This document shows positions 40,600-55,289 of a stretch of 64,000 nucleotides of DNA, in pieces. Both the position numbers and the translations under genes were made by a program. The notes beneath the pieces were generated by a model. That model was not told the DNA's origin. It did not search any database and saw only the letters and a program-made list of their open reading frames with translations. The first letter of the stretch is position 1. The number at the start of each line of letters is the position of its first letter. The stretch comes from the human T2T-CHM13v2.0 reference genome, Homo sapiens. Where the stretch lies: NCBI RefSeq assembly GCF_009914755.1, contig NC_060941.1; one strand, given 5' to 3'.

Positions 40600-42429
40600 A
40601 CTAAATCTTTTTTTAAATAAAAATCTTTAGTCCTAAAATATAAAGGATTCAGAAGAATCCCATTTTGTTTGAGGTAATTAGCATAACTGTTTCTATTTCA
40701 TTGGAATAGATTCTGAAAATCAAGATTTCACCAAAACTTATGGGTCGGTTTTATTTATCTTTAATGTTTGATAAATTTTCTTCCTAGAATTTCTCATGAA
40801 ATGCAATCATGTATTATTTTTTAATCCCATTCATCTTCATATTTGATTTTTCCCCCTCTGTTGTGTTTTACTTTAATTGATTCCTCAAAGCTGTTCTGAA
40901 ATTTTTACCCACATCTGCCACCAGATTTGATTGGCTAATTGTCCTCTATGGAAGCACACCCATTATGCAACTGTTATGAAAACTTTTACAACAAATCAAT
41001 GTCAGGTCAACAAACCCATCAGCCATGATCTCACTGAGAACTAATATTTTCAGGAAGCTTTTCACTTATTTTCAGGGGCTGTCTGTGGGTTTAGCATTTC
41101 ATATTATTAACAGTGCAATGACAAACCTAGGGCAGGAGAGTTAATAATGGGATGTGCTTTTTCCTCTTGCTTCTAAAGAAAATATTCAAATGAGCAGAAG
41201 TTTTAAAAGCCCTGTTCAATACTGAGCTTTTGATATTAAAATAAACTGACAACTTGACTCTGACAGAATAAGATTCAATTAGGCTTAAAGGTAGGTCTAA
41301 AGGGGCTCAGGGAGAAATAAATGAACTTCTATTAATTTTTAGAAATAGCTAGTAAGAACAAGTCATTTATGACTTTGTAGTTAAGTTCCTAGAGAAAGTT
41401 TACCAAGAATTGCTTTCTATGAGGCATGGTGGTAAAAGCTGCAAAATGAATTATGGTGAAAATATGCATTCTACTTTTTATTTTTCCTTATTAAATCCAG
41501 CAAGGGAATTTTCCCGAGCCTCTCCCACTAGTGCATTTTGTTGGTTTAGAAGTGTTTCTGCTTTCACTCATTAAATAGCTAAAGATCAAAATATTATATG
41601 AATGATTTAGTTGTTTCTAGACAGATAAAATATTTTCTTCTCCTAATGAGTAGAGAAATATGACTTCCGCATGTCCCGAAAGAGCATTCACCCAGTATTC
41701 TTTGTAGCCATCTAAACAAAAGAACAAAATTGCATCATGGTCTTAATAAGAAAAACAAACATAAGAGGTAATGAAAATGGAATCATATCTCTTTTGTATC
41801 AGTAAAGTAATAGAGCGTATCAGGTTTTGTTCCTTATTATGAAATAACAAATTTTTAGAGAAAATAGAAAACAAACTTAAGAAAATAAAAACAAATTGTA
41901 ATCACATCAACTAGGTCACTTGTTAAACTATATATACACATGTGTGTGCCTGTGTGTGTGTGTGTATAATACTGGAGCAAAGACATGGGAGCCTGACCTT
42001 CACAAAATGCCATGGGGCCCCCATCAGCCATGGAATACCCATCTCTAAATGTTTTTTCATGAGAGAAAAATATGTCTATTTGGTTAATATATTGTTATTT
42101 TGAATTTTTCTATTGTAGACAACTCCAACTAATCTATATACACACATACACATGATCTATTTTGCTTATTGTAAGTTATTTTGCATCATGTTTTATTTAA
42201 AAAATATTGCATTACAGTATTACTTATCTTGATTACTGGTGGGTTTTTTTTTTTTTTTCTTTTTGGTGCCTCTTAAATTTTATACCTGAGGAGAGTAGTG
42301 CCTTACTTACCTCATCCTAATTCTGGCCCTGAGGTCAAACATAGCAAAAGATAAAAATATAGACATTGATATAAACAGATATAATTTTTAATCAAAAAAT
42401 AAAATCAAACAATAGTACAATATGCATTC

Positions 42430-42845
<416 letters not shown>

Positions 42846-43244
42846 TTAATGATCACTAATGAGATCATATTCAAGGTGTTTTGAGTTCTTAAATGCAGTA
42901 TTTAATGATCTCCAATGAGATCAAATTCATGATGTGTTTAGTTGAAACAACCCAAAGTTAAACATTTGCCTGAAAACTTCACAGACTCCTCTATCCCTCT
43001 ATGGAACAGCAGGCTTACAACAGTCTAGTGATAGATTTGCAAAAATCAAGAAAATATACAGTGTCGAAAAATAGATCAAAAATTTATCTTCATGGAATCA
43101 TTCACCTTCATTGATTTTATTGACTGATATTAATAATATCTCTAATTCTATTTTATGAACCCATTTGGAAGCCACTTAATATGTAAGGGTACTTGATCAA
43201 AGCATGTCAACTACAATCAGTTTGAACAGAAAATAACATGTATT

Positions 43245-43862
<618 letters not shown>

Positions 43863-43936
43863 TAGTCAGACACATTTATTGTTTGTGTACATATTTACAA
43901 TCATCATTTAGTTCATCCTAAAAAAAACTATCTAAA

Positions 43937-44235
43937 TTTTTTCTTTTTTTTTTTTTGAGACGGAGTCTTGCTCTGTCGCCCAAGCTGGAGTGCAGTGGTG
44001 TGATCTCAGCTCACCGCAAACTCTGCCTCCCAGGTTCAAGCAATTCTCTGCCTCAGCCTCCCGACTAGCTGGGATTACAGGTGCCCTATACCACACCCAG
44101 CTAATTTTTGTATTTTTAGTAGAGATGGGGTTTCACCATCTTGGCCAGGCTGGTCTTGAACTCCTGACCTCGTGATCCACCTGCCTTGGCCTCCCAAAGT
44201 GCTGGGATTACAGGCGTGAGCCACTGCACCTGGCC
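43937..44235 (-). mobile_element. AluS (Sg-like)
   Basis: Reverse-complement Alu with CTCCTGACCTCGTGATCC. Confidence 0.9.
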
Positions 44236-44379
44236 CTGAATTTTATCTCCACTTTAATGAGGAAGCACCAACATTTAAGTAACTTAGTCAAATTTACTCA
44301 GCCTCCAAGAATCAAAATGAGAGACCGTTCTCACATCCTTTTTACTCAATTCAGCCTGATGTTTCATAGCATTACTCTA

Positions 44380-44716
44380 GGTCAGCAATCAGCAAACTTT
44401 TTTTTTAAATAAAGGATCAGATAGTGAGTGTTTTAGATTGTTTGGGCCCACATACAGCCCCTATGTCACCCACTCAACTCTGCTGTTGCAGCTGGGAAGC
44501 AGAGACAATCTGTAACTGAATGAACATAGCTGTGCCCCAATAAAACTTTATTCATGAATACACATATTTGAATTTCATAAAACGTTTAAATGTCACAAAA
44601 CAGTATTCCTCTCTTGATTTTTTGCTACCGTAAAAATGTAAAAACATTCTTAGTTCACAAGCTGTATGTATAAGTTGTGAGCTTGATTTGGCCTATGGAC
44701 ACAGTTTACACACCCT
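44380..44716 (+). mobile_element. MER58B-like
   Basis: TCAGCAAACTTT...CCAATAAAACTTTATT...GATTTGGCCTATGGACACAGTTT. Confidence 0.75.
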
Positions 44717-44983
44717 TGTTATTCTTTCCAGAAGGGAACATGTGGTGCCCTCACTTAAAAATATCAGAAAAGTGCAGAGTTTTCTTTTCTACAGGTCTAG
44801 TAATATAAGGATGTTCTCTCGTAAAGCATAAATCTCGGTTCTGGGTCGTTTTCCTGACCCAGATAATTTTCCGTCAATAATTCTCTTCCTCGTACTGTTT
44901 TTCATGAATAAAAGGAGACAGATACATTTTAGAAAAGCCCATATATATGGTGTAAGGAAAGTCACTCCACACAGAAGAATTGA

Positions 44984-45316
<333 letters not shown>

Positions 45317-48300
45317 TTTAAGAATGGATTTTTAAAATAAAAATCTTCCATTATGCTATTTCTAAATGTCTACTTTTCTCTGGATGTCTACCTTTTCCAT
45401 TTAAGTTAGTTCTTCATCAGAACTTCTAATACCATCAATTGCATTCAAAAGTCTCCAAGATGGCCCTTCTAAGGTATCTGCTACTCCAGATATTTCAGCC
45501 CTGTTGTCAAGAAGCATAGTAGAGGGTTTCCTTGAAGAATTTGTGTGTGGATAGCAGGAAGGAGGAGGAGAGGGGAGAAAGAGAACAGCGTACCATTGAT
45601 GGGCTATTGTCAGAGCAGCTGCTGTGTCAGTGGCATCTGTGGGCTCTCCAGGCGAATACACAGCCACCCTGATACATCCATGGCCAAAGGCAAAAGAGCA
45701 ACTTCTCCTCTCTGTGGCAGCAGATGCCCCTGTTCTTCAGTTGATGAAAAAATCCTAGCAGAGGAAAAGGAAAGACAGAGGAAAGGAGATTGTTGGGTTG
45801 TTAAGAGATATGAGCAGGAGGGAGAGGTTGCAACCCACTTCTCCGCCCGCTTTCTGCTGGCCCCAGAGAACCCTATACTGTGAGCTCAGTTTGTAACTAG
45901 CTTATTCACCTAGGGATGACTCTATTGCAGGGCTAGGACAGAGAGGACTGAGGCACTGGCTTCGTTTAGTCTTTGGTGCATTTGATCTCACCTATAAAAG
46001 GAAACAAATGTGTGTCCTTTATTTGTCCCCAACTACTTTTCATTTGCTTAAGACAATCCTCTTCCTATATTTTGCAAAGAAAAAGGCAGAGCACTCTGCC
46101 TCATGGAAGGCAATGGTATCAGGGCCAGCTTTTTTTTTTTTTTTTTTTAACTGAGGCCACTGCAGTAGCTTTTATCTACTCACAGTTCTTTCTGGAGTCA
46201 AGGCCTCTGGCTATTTAAGCCATCTCCCTTCTTAGCAAGTTAAGATTGGGACAAAACAATTATAATTCTAGAACTTGTCAGCTTGAATCGAACCATCACA
46301 AACCAATCACACAAGGCTGCTCCCTTCAGCCCAATCGTTGAGATGATTTTCCCACGACCTGGAATGGACTTTTTAGATCCTTTGGAAAGAAAACTCACCG
46401 GCAAGTACATCTCTCTGTCTATAGGTCCTTTCTATCCAGAAATTTGTTGAGATCATTGGTAGTGGGTGAAAACATGTCCTTTAGGGAGAAGGTTTTTTAG
46501 ACCAGAAGCATTAGTTATGGAGGTTGTCATTGTTGTTGTTTCTTCCAAGGAAGAGAATAAAAGTGTAATCACACTAGGTCATGTGTAAATTTATGCTGTT
46601 TTTACTGGCTCTTAACCCTTTTCCTTCCAGGAATTGTTAAGTTCCTTTGCAGTCATATATCAGCCCTTGGGTATGTTCTCACCAAGGGTGACTGTTTGAC
46701 GGTAAGGTCCCCTCAGTAGACCAACAGAATACAAGTCAGGTCATGGAACTGATTCCCTGGAAATTACGTAAGAGAAATAAATACCCTGGTTTTTGTACAG
46801 AGAGGAAATTATGAAATCGAGCCTGAATCCATAGACTCTCTTAAATTCTCCTGTGAGAAAATTTTTGCTTGGTTCGAGGGGGTCTTCAGTGGAATTAGGG
46901 GTAAAACCTTTTGTATGAGAGATCTCCAGTTTCTAAGTTGTTTGAAAGGGGCTGCAGGTCAGGCTGCCTTCTGATGGAGACTCGGAGGGGTTCAGGAGAC
47001 AGGAGCGAGCACAGAACATCTGTCAATGCTTAGAGCTCTTTCTTTTTTTCTTTGGTTTTATGTCATGACCTGTAACTCAACTCACAGAGAATTGCTTTCC
47101 ATTATGGAGAAATAATTCCAACAATGATTTTTTTTTCTTGCTGACTGGATTGTCTCACCCTGTGGGGGTATGGCTTGGTTTTATATTATCAGGCATGTTT
47201 GGTGCTTTTTCTGTGTGTTGCTTTGATAGGCAACGCTTTTCAGCGGAGGCTGTGGCTCGAATCATGCAGGTCTTGAGCTGTATTTTCAGAGATGAACCCA
47301 GTGCTAAATCGTGGTAGTAATATAATTCACAGCACTCTGCGTGGATCACCGGCTATTTTGGGGTCCCAATCCCCTTTATGTAGGACTTGAAATAATGTAC
47401 GGACTATGGAGAGAAAAAAAAGGAACAAAGGCAAGCAATGCTTAAGGAAAGAAGATAGAATACAGGGAGGAGTAAACTCATTTCTGTTTAATTCACTTAG
47501 AGAAGAGCATTGATTCATTTTGAACCCAGGATTAAAATGACTTGTATAAATTTCCATTATACTGTCTGGATTTTGAAACTATGGATACGGCATTGGGGAC
47601 TAAACCTGTTGGGCTAAATGATACTTTGATCAGGTAGATGTTCAGATTGCTTCTGAAAAAAAATTTAAATAATATGTGCATTGTCTTTTAGTCTAAGGGA
47701 ACTGCTTAAATTATGTGTACTTAGCTCATGTTTTACTGACATGTTGAAGCTGTTTAGCCTTACAGCTTTACAGATTGTTCTACTTTTCAAAAATACTGAG
47801 AGTTGCCAGTGTCTATTTTGAATGTTTCATATTTTAGTGCATAATAAATATGTGTGTAATGAGTGAATAGGTGACTTTTTAAATTGCAAAATGTAACTGG
47901 ACTCTAAATACCATAAAATCAAGATCATGAAGGCAGGTTATGAGAAAGAGTCTTAGAACTGACCACAGCTCTTCTGTTAGAACTAAGCAACTGCAAATCA
48001 AATCTTAGCCCTCTTCATCTTTTGATAAGGTTTTTGGATGTGTCATCATTGGGTCAACAGATATAATTGTATATGTGCATGTGTCTGTATGTGTGTGCCT
48101 GCATGTTCATATACTTTTTGAATTTGCTTTCTGCCAACTAAACTATTAAGTATATACCTTCCTTAGCTTAATCTGTGCAAAGAAGGCATTGTATTTTTAT
48201 ATAAAAATAATATACAGTAAAAGCAATAGCTTTGGACTTTGATAGGTAGGACATATTATTTTTCAAGGTTTTTTTTTAAAGCATTCTTACACATGCTAAC

Positions 48301-48794
48301 ACATAAAAGAGGTTTAACCTCAGTAAATGGGAAAGCTGGCTCTCCTAATTAATTTTTTCCCAAGTTGACTTAAACAGGCAAAATGTGAGTATTCACATGT
48401 TTCTGTTTACATGCAGGGAAATGGCAATCAGATTACAAAAAAAAAAAAGCTTATTTATACTGTCAGTTCCTGCCTTACTAAAACTTGGTGACTCAGTTAT
48501 GCAAACCATACAAAAGAATAGACTTTTGTATTACTACACGTTTTGAAATGAGATCTTTGCTGATAAAAAGATCAGAAGCTGAAACACTGGTGATATAGTT
48601 TAAGTCTATGATATAAATTCAGAGTTGCTCTATCGCTAATCCTAGAAACAATTTCTGAAAACATTTGCTTATAATAGTAATTCATTTAAATTTATTTAAC
48701 ACTTAAAATGAATTGTATGTAGCTCAAATCCAAATGATGCAGATGAAATGTCTGGATTTGAGCCTAATAGGTACATTAAAAAATCTAATTAAGC

Positions 48795-49236
48795 ACCTAT
48801 TTTTTTTCAACCTTATAATTTCTGCTTTAATGGCAATCAAGTTAAAAAAATGTACAGTTCCACTTAGTCATACCATTCCTTTATAAAAGGCAGATTTCAA
48901 GTAAACTTCTAAATGCACATATAATGTAGAAACTAATATTTTCTGACAGTCCTTGGTTCCTGAAAGTTGAACTTCATCATATGTGTTTTAAACTTTTGTC
49001 AAAATAGTTATGAAAGATATGTTACTTTTGCATTATGAGGTAATTTATTAGGGGCGGGAACTCATAAGACAGTATAAATCCACTTGTCTAAACTTGCATG
49101 AGGCTGTGTGCATTGTAAAATGTCACAAAGAGTTTTGGGTCAGTGAATATTTTGCTGAAGGAACAACGCTTACTTTTAACTGAGTACTTTTCTGCAATAA
49201 ATAGCAAAGTAGGTTTTTGTAGCTGTAAACTGTGTA
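48795..49236 (+). pseudogene. Probable retrocopy fragment of an mRNA 3'UTR end (candidate parent PTP4A2, from memory)
   Basis: Not a repeat I recognise; UTR-like sequence ending AATAAA (49196) ...GTAGGTTTTTGTAGCTGTAAACTGTGTA; no clear poly-A or TSD. Confidence 0.5.
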
Positions 49237-51031
49237 CACAGATAACTACAGGCTAGTCTGTCATGGAGCTAAAAGTTTCACCTGAAAACTTGCATTTTCT
49301 TTTAATAGTCATAATGCTATGAATATTATTGTGCTATCATAAATCACTAATGTTATTGGTAGTAGTTGGGTACAGCATTTCATTTTTGCATAGTTGCAAT
49401 ACAAATTTTATTTATTTGTAATTTATACACTAGGACATTGAATATTAAAACATAAATTTCTTGGAACACTGAAATTAAATCTCGATTGAGGATAAGTGCC
49501 TACAGAATGGAAACTGGTCAATGATAAAGGAAACATTCAATTAAACCTGTAGATACTGATCAAATTTATTTTTAAAGTGGAAGAAACTCTTAGACAGAGA
49601 ACCATGAAAATTGAGCCAAGCATTTGGAATTTGGTCCTGCATAAGGAGCAAAAATTCAAATTTCATATATTTTAGAGTTAGGAAAGAAATAATGTGGAGG
49701 ATATGTAGGGGAGAATTAGAAAGTGGCTTTGAAAAATAGAGGTCTTATTTTAGGTTTCTAGATTTGTCTGAGCAGAGATGCTAGGAAAAGTTATACTCTG
49801 CAGAAAACAGAGGAATAAACATTGAATTTGATATCAGCAGGCTAGGAGTCCACACGTATAGGTCCCATTCACATGAAGAGATGGAACATAATTTCTATAT
49901 CTCTATTTCCTTTTAAATAAAAATTGGAATGTTGGAAATCATATTAAGAAAACAAAAATGGAAGCAAAGATAAGATGGTAGGGCTGCATCCAGAGGCAAT
50001 GGATGAAGAAATGACAGTTTGATTAATGTTCCAACAGCCTTGTTGACACATCTTATCCTTCTGCTCAGTCATCTGTAGATCTCTCCCTGTGTAAAGAATC
50101 CAAGTGTCAACTCAAGATCTTTGTCTTGAAAGACTAAAATCTGGTCCAAGTTTAATGTTCAATCTTAATATTTCTTTAAATACCTTTATGAATTTATTCA
50201 AATTCTGATCATCAATTGTGAAATCCATTTTACTTTTTTCTCTGTTTCATGCCAACCTGTACTATCAAATATAGAACTAATATGTTGCTAAGTTCCTCAG
50301 ATGCTTACCTCTCCATTTATGACTTTAGCACTTATTCAAGCACTACAGAAAATTCTGTTACTTATTTATAGACTTATTGTATGCATGCCTTATTATCCTA
50401 GCTAACATGTTTGATTTATTCACTTTATCATTCTCATCATCATTAGTGGCAGTAGCAATAGTGACAGAATAAAAAGATACCTTTGATTAGTTGATCACAA
50501 AGTGTTAGGCATTTTACATATATTATTTCTAATTCCTATTACAATCTTTCACGACTAGTAAGTGGCAGGTTGCAAACACATGTCAAGTTGACCCAAAGCT
50601 CAACCTCTCCCCACTGGGCAATACTGCCACTAGTGAAGTCACATAATTTAGAACATCCTTGAGATTCAATCCATTGAGATTTTGTTAGAAAGAACTGCAT
50701 TAAAAAAAAGAAAAAAAAAAAACCTTTAAGAGTTCATAAGCTTTGACCTAGTAATTGTACATCTAGAAATCGATAATGAAAGGAGAAAAATATGAAGATA
50801 AAAAATCTCCAAGGCCAGGCAAATGCATACTTATAAGGGTAAAAAACAAAAAAAAAATGAATATAAAGGTATAAGGATAGGTGACAATTAATTATAGTTC
50901 ATAAAATATATGTGAGCATTAAAATATATACTTTCAAATAATTTTTAGTTGCATGACAGATGCTTGCATAATATAAAAAGTGTGATGCTCATGCACTAAA
51001 AGTATGACACAATTGATCTTAAAATTACAGA

Positions 51032-51162
51032 GGCTAGGCGCAGTGGCTCATGCCTATAATCCCAGCACTTTGGGAGGCTGAGTTTGAGGATCGCTTGAGG
51101 TCAGGAGTTTGAGACCAGCCTGGTCAATATAGTGAGACCCCATCATTAAAAAAAAAAAAAAA
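51032..51162 (+). mobile_element. Free left Alu monomer (FLAM-like)
   Basis: Single monomer followed by A tail. Confidence 0.85.
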
Positions 51163-51431
51163 ACCCAATATGTTAATTTTTAAAAGTTATAAAACATAGA
51201 CTTAAAAATAGAAACAGAAATAGAGGAAAAGGAGAAAGATATATCAAAGTATTTATAATGGTTATCTTTCAATGGTAGGAATATGAATTTATATTATTTT
51301 CCACATTTATCTACATTCTTCTACATTTTCAAATGCTTATCTTTTACATTTTCCAAAATAGACATACATCATTGTAGCAATGATTTTTAAAAATACCAAA
51401 AAATACTCTTTAAAAAAACCCACAAATTCTT

Positions 51432-52038
51432 AAATTTATTTTTTTTTATTTTTTATTTTTTATTATACTTTAAGTTTTAGGGTACATGTGCACATTGTGC
51501 AGGTTAGTTACATATGTATACACGTGCCATGCTGGTGCGCTGCACCCACTAACTCGTCATCTAGCATTAGGTATATCTCCCAATGCTATCCCTCCCCCCT
51601 CCCCCCACCCCACCACAGTCCCCAGAGTGTGATATTCCCCTTCCTGTGTCCATGTGATCTCATTGTTCAGTTCCCACCTATGGGTGAGAATATGCGGTGT
51701 TTGGTTTTTTGATCTTGCGACAGTTTACTGAGAATGATGATTTCCAATTTCATCCATGTCCCTACAAAGGACATGAACTCATCATTTTTTATGGCTGCAG
51801 AGTGTTCCATGGAAGTCAGTGTGGCGATTCCTCAGGGATCTAGAACTAGAAATACCATTTGACCCAGCCATCCCATTACTGGGTATATACCCAAATGACT
51901 ATAAATCATGCTGCTATAAAGACACATGCACACGTATGTTTATTGCGGCATTATTCACAATAGCAAAGACTTGGAACCAACCCAAATGTCCAACAATGAT
52001 AGACTAGATTAAGAAAATGTGGCACATATACACCATGG
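51432..52038 (-). mobile_element. 5'-truncated, 5'-inverted young L1 (L1PA2 or non-Ta L1HS)
   Basis: Minus-strand 3' end 51432-51812 joined to plus-strand ORF2 piece 51810-52038; direct repeat AAAACCCACAAATTCTT(AAA) on both sides; GAG at the Ta diagnostic site. Confidence 0.95.
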
Positions 52039-52119
52039 AAAACCCACAAATTCTTAAAGCCCACATCTGAAAATCTAGACATTCAAGTATGTACATTTTC
52101 TTTCAAGAGTATCATTACA

Positions 52120-52520
<401 letters not shown>

Positions 52521-55289
52521 CTACAATAGTGATTAGTTTTGGCTGTCTGAAGTTTGTGTTGTTTGTTTTAATTTTTTGTTTTGTTTTTATAAGTTCTGGA
52601 AAAAGTCAAGTTGCATGACTCTCATGATCTTCCAAAGATGTATTACTAAAGCAAAGAGACATTCTTACAGGTGTTTTAAACATGAGATTCAGTTTGCTAA
52701 TGGTGGCACCTCTCACTGGAAAGCATTTCTTACTGTGCTGTAGAGGGTGACTATGGATGCTGGTGGCAGTCTCACTTTCCCTAGTGGCTACTGAACGTGT
52801 TTGTGTCTCCTTTAGAACCAATAGTTTCTAATGAATATTTTCTAGTCTCCTCTACTTCCTCCTTCCTTCCTATCTTCCCTCTCTTCATTATTTTCCCATG
52901 CAAATGTACGTGCAATACAGAACATCAGAATAGCACATCCTGTAAAGCACAAAAGCAGTGTTTGTTTCCTGGAAAACCCTCCGTAGAGGCTAGCTTATTA
53001 TTAGTCTTCTTATTACTGCTTGATTACTATGATTAAATGATGATACTACACCCTTCCAGTTATAAGGCTTGCCTTTCCCCAGTGGCAGTGATGAGTCTGT
53101 GCATAATGATTGATGTTTTCTCAGCTGGCACCTCTTCTAACCAATGACGTGCACTTACGGCAAGGCTACCTGATCTAAGGAACTGCCATCCGTGGTTATA
53201 GAGGGTAAACCGAGGCTGTAAACTCATTACCTTTGGGAGACCTAATGTATCCCAGAAAACACAGATGAAATGATCATTGTAATCACTGAATCAAGAAACA
53301 TAGTAATGTAGGGTCTGGCCCTAAAATGAATATGGTATTTTCAGAGTGTAATTGTCTCACTCATGTGAGATAAATGAAGTCTTCCAGAGCATGACAGAAT
53401 AGGTAATTTACTAAATAATAACATGGAGGCTCTGGAAGTGTGAGCTTCTTAAAGAACAGCCCCACTTATTGATTTTGGTTTTAACATATTTGATGGAAAA
53501 TAAAGGTCATAATAATAAACGGATAAAGTAAGCACTGAAATATTTTCTCAATACATCAGTACATGATTTTATGTGTACATATAAACATATGGATAGTTGC
53601 AAACACGCGGGTATCTCACTTACTCAGAAGTTTTCCTCAGCTATTTATAACAGCAAATACAAAGACTAAGCCATTTAAATGCTCTGAGAAGCAAAATAGA
53701 TGCCATAAATCCAAATCCTGAAGCTTTTTTACCCAAAAAGGAGGTTGACCAAGCGAAGGTAACTCCAAATTCAGCATCTGCTCATACTATTTCAAAAATG
53801 CATCTTTAGATATGTTAAATCATATTTGCTTGTACATTACTTTAGCAACCTTGGTTACATAATTTATCAGCCCAGCACAGATTAGAATCAACAAATTAGG
53901 CAGAGCATGGTGACAGTCTGACAGATTCAAGGCACATTATCAGAAGCAAAAATGAGAACGGAAGGCTCACATTGATGGAGAAGGGAAAACAAGCAGAAGG
54001 GCTTAAATAAGCTTAGTCTAGGGTCATTTAATGCAGGAGAAAAGGCTCTACTGTAACCTGATAGGCCTACTGTATTGCAGGTAAAAAATGAAATAGCTTA
54101 TGTTTATTATAATCATATTGAGTAATCATCAAAAGTTATACTAAAACATACTGTTCCTTTCATTCATTTCCATGTAACTGACATTTATTCTTAGAAACAA
54201 CTTATAATTCATATGCTTGATTACCTGTATATAGAAAGGTCTGGGGCATAGCAGGCATTTAAGAAATTAACTGAATGAGGAGCCACTCCTATCTTCTGAC
54301 GTGTTCTCAGCATCCTTAATACCACTACACATAGTAATATGTCATATGTATTAAATCTTCCATTACAAAGTCTTACCCTGCTTCATTCCATTCTTCAAAA
54401 TCTAAGATTATCGTTTTATTTGTTGCTTGATCCATTTTAGTGCATAATCATAAGCTGCCTTATATTGTTGTTTAATCATTTAAATGTTTCACTTCTGCCT
54501 TGTTCATCTTCTCAGTTAGACATTTTGAACTCTTAAGAAGAGGAATTACTCCCGCTAGGACACTTCTGTCTTTCATCTCACCTAGCATATAGCCAAAGTA
54601 CAACGTAGTTATTTCAACAAATACGTTCACTGAATTTAAAAATATGAAGATTAAATATTATCAATGCAGTAAGTGAAACTAAAGGCCAAAACTGTTTTCC
54701 AATAAATAAGATTACATACAGTGCCTTAAAATACCACAGTAAGTGGCTTGTTCTCATAGCAGCAGATTGCAAACTCAGCCTGTCTACATTTCCGGGCAAT
54801 CTGACAATGATTTATTTACTATTTATTGCTAATGATGATTACTTTGAAGATTAGAAAGTGGTTTTTAATATCCAGTGGATACAAATGCCAGGAGCGTTTG
54901 ATGTTTTACCATTGTGAATTTGAACTGCATATACATGGTTAATGTAAGTCTGAAAGTATGTCTAATTGTTGGGGATCTTTATATAAATGCAAAGGAAAGA
55001 TCTGTGCTTCTAGTGAAACAATCACCTTCTGCGTCACACAGCTATTCACAATCTGACTGCAGATCCAGATTGTGACTAATATTTGGCTCTAATATTATAG
55101 GTGGTTACCGTGGAGAGAATCAGTAAGAGCATAATTGTCATTTCCTTGGAAAAATTTAATCCACAGATGGATCCCAACACCCAATTGCATTCGTGTCCAA
55201 GACTAATGGGGATTTTTGCTAAATAAGGCCTGATTCAGCCAAAAAAGATAGACTCTGAATACAGAAATCTGCATCACGCATCACTTCAA

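Noticed and set aside
45401-45883. Opposing 88- and 112-aa ORFs
   Set aside because: No recognisable domain; non-canonical or weak starts; possibly an ancient LTR remnant
51488-52007. L1 ORF2-like peptides here and at 5162-5380
   Set aside because: Fragments of truncated L1s with no RT or EN domain
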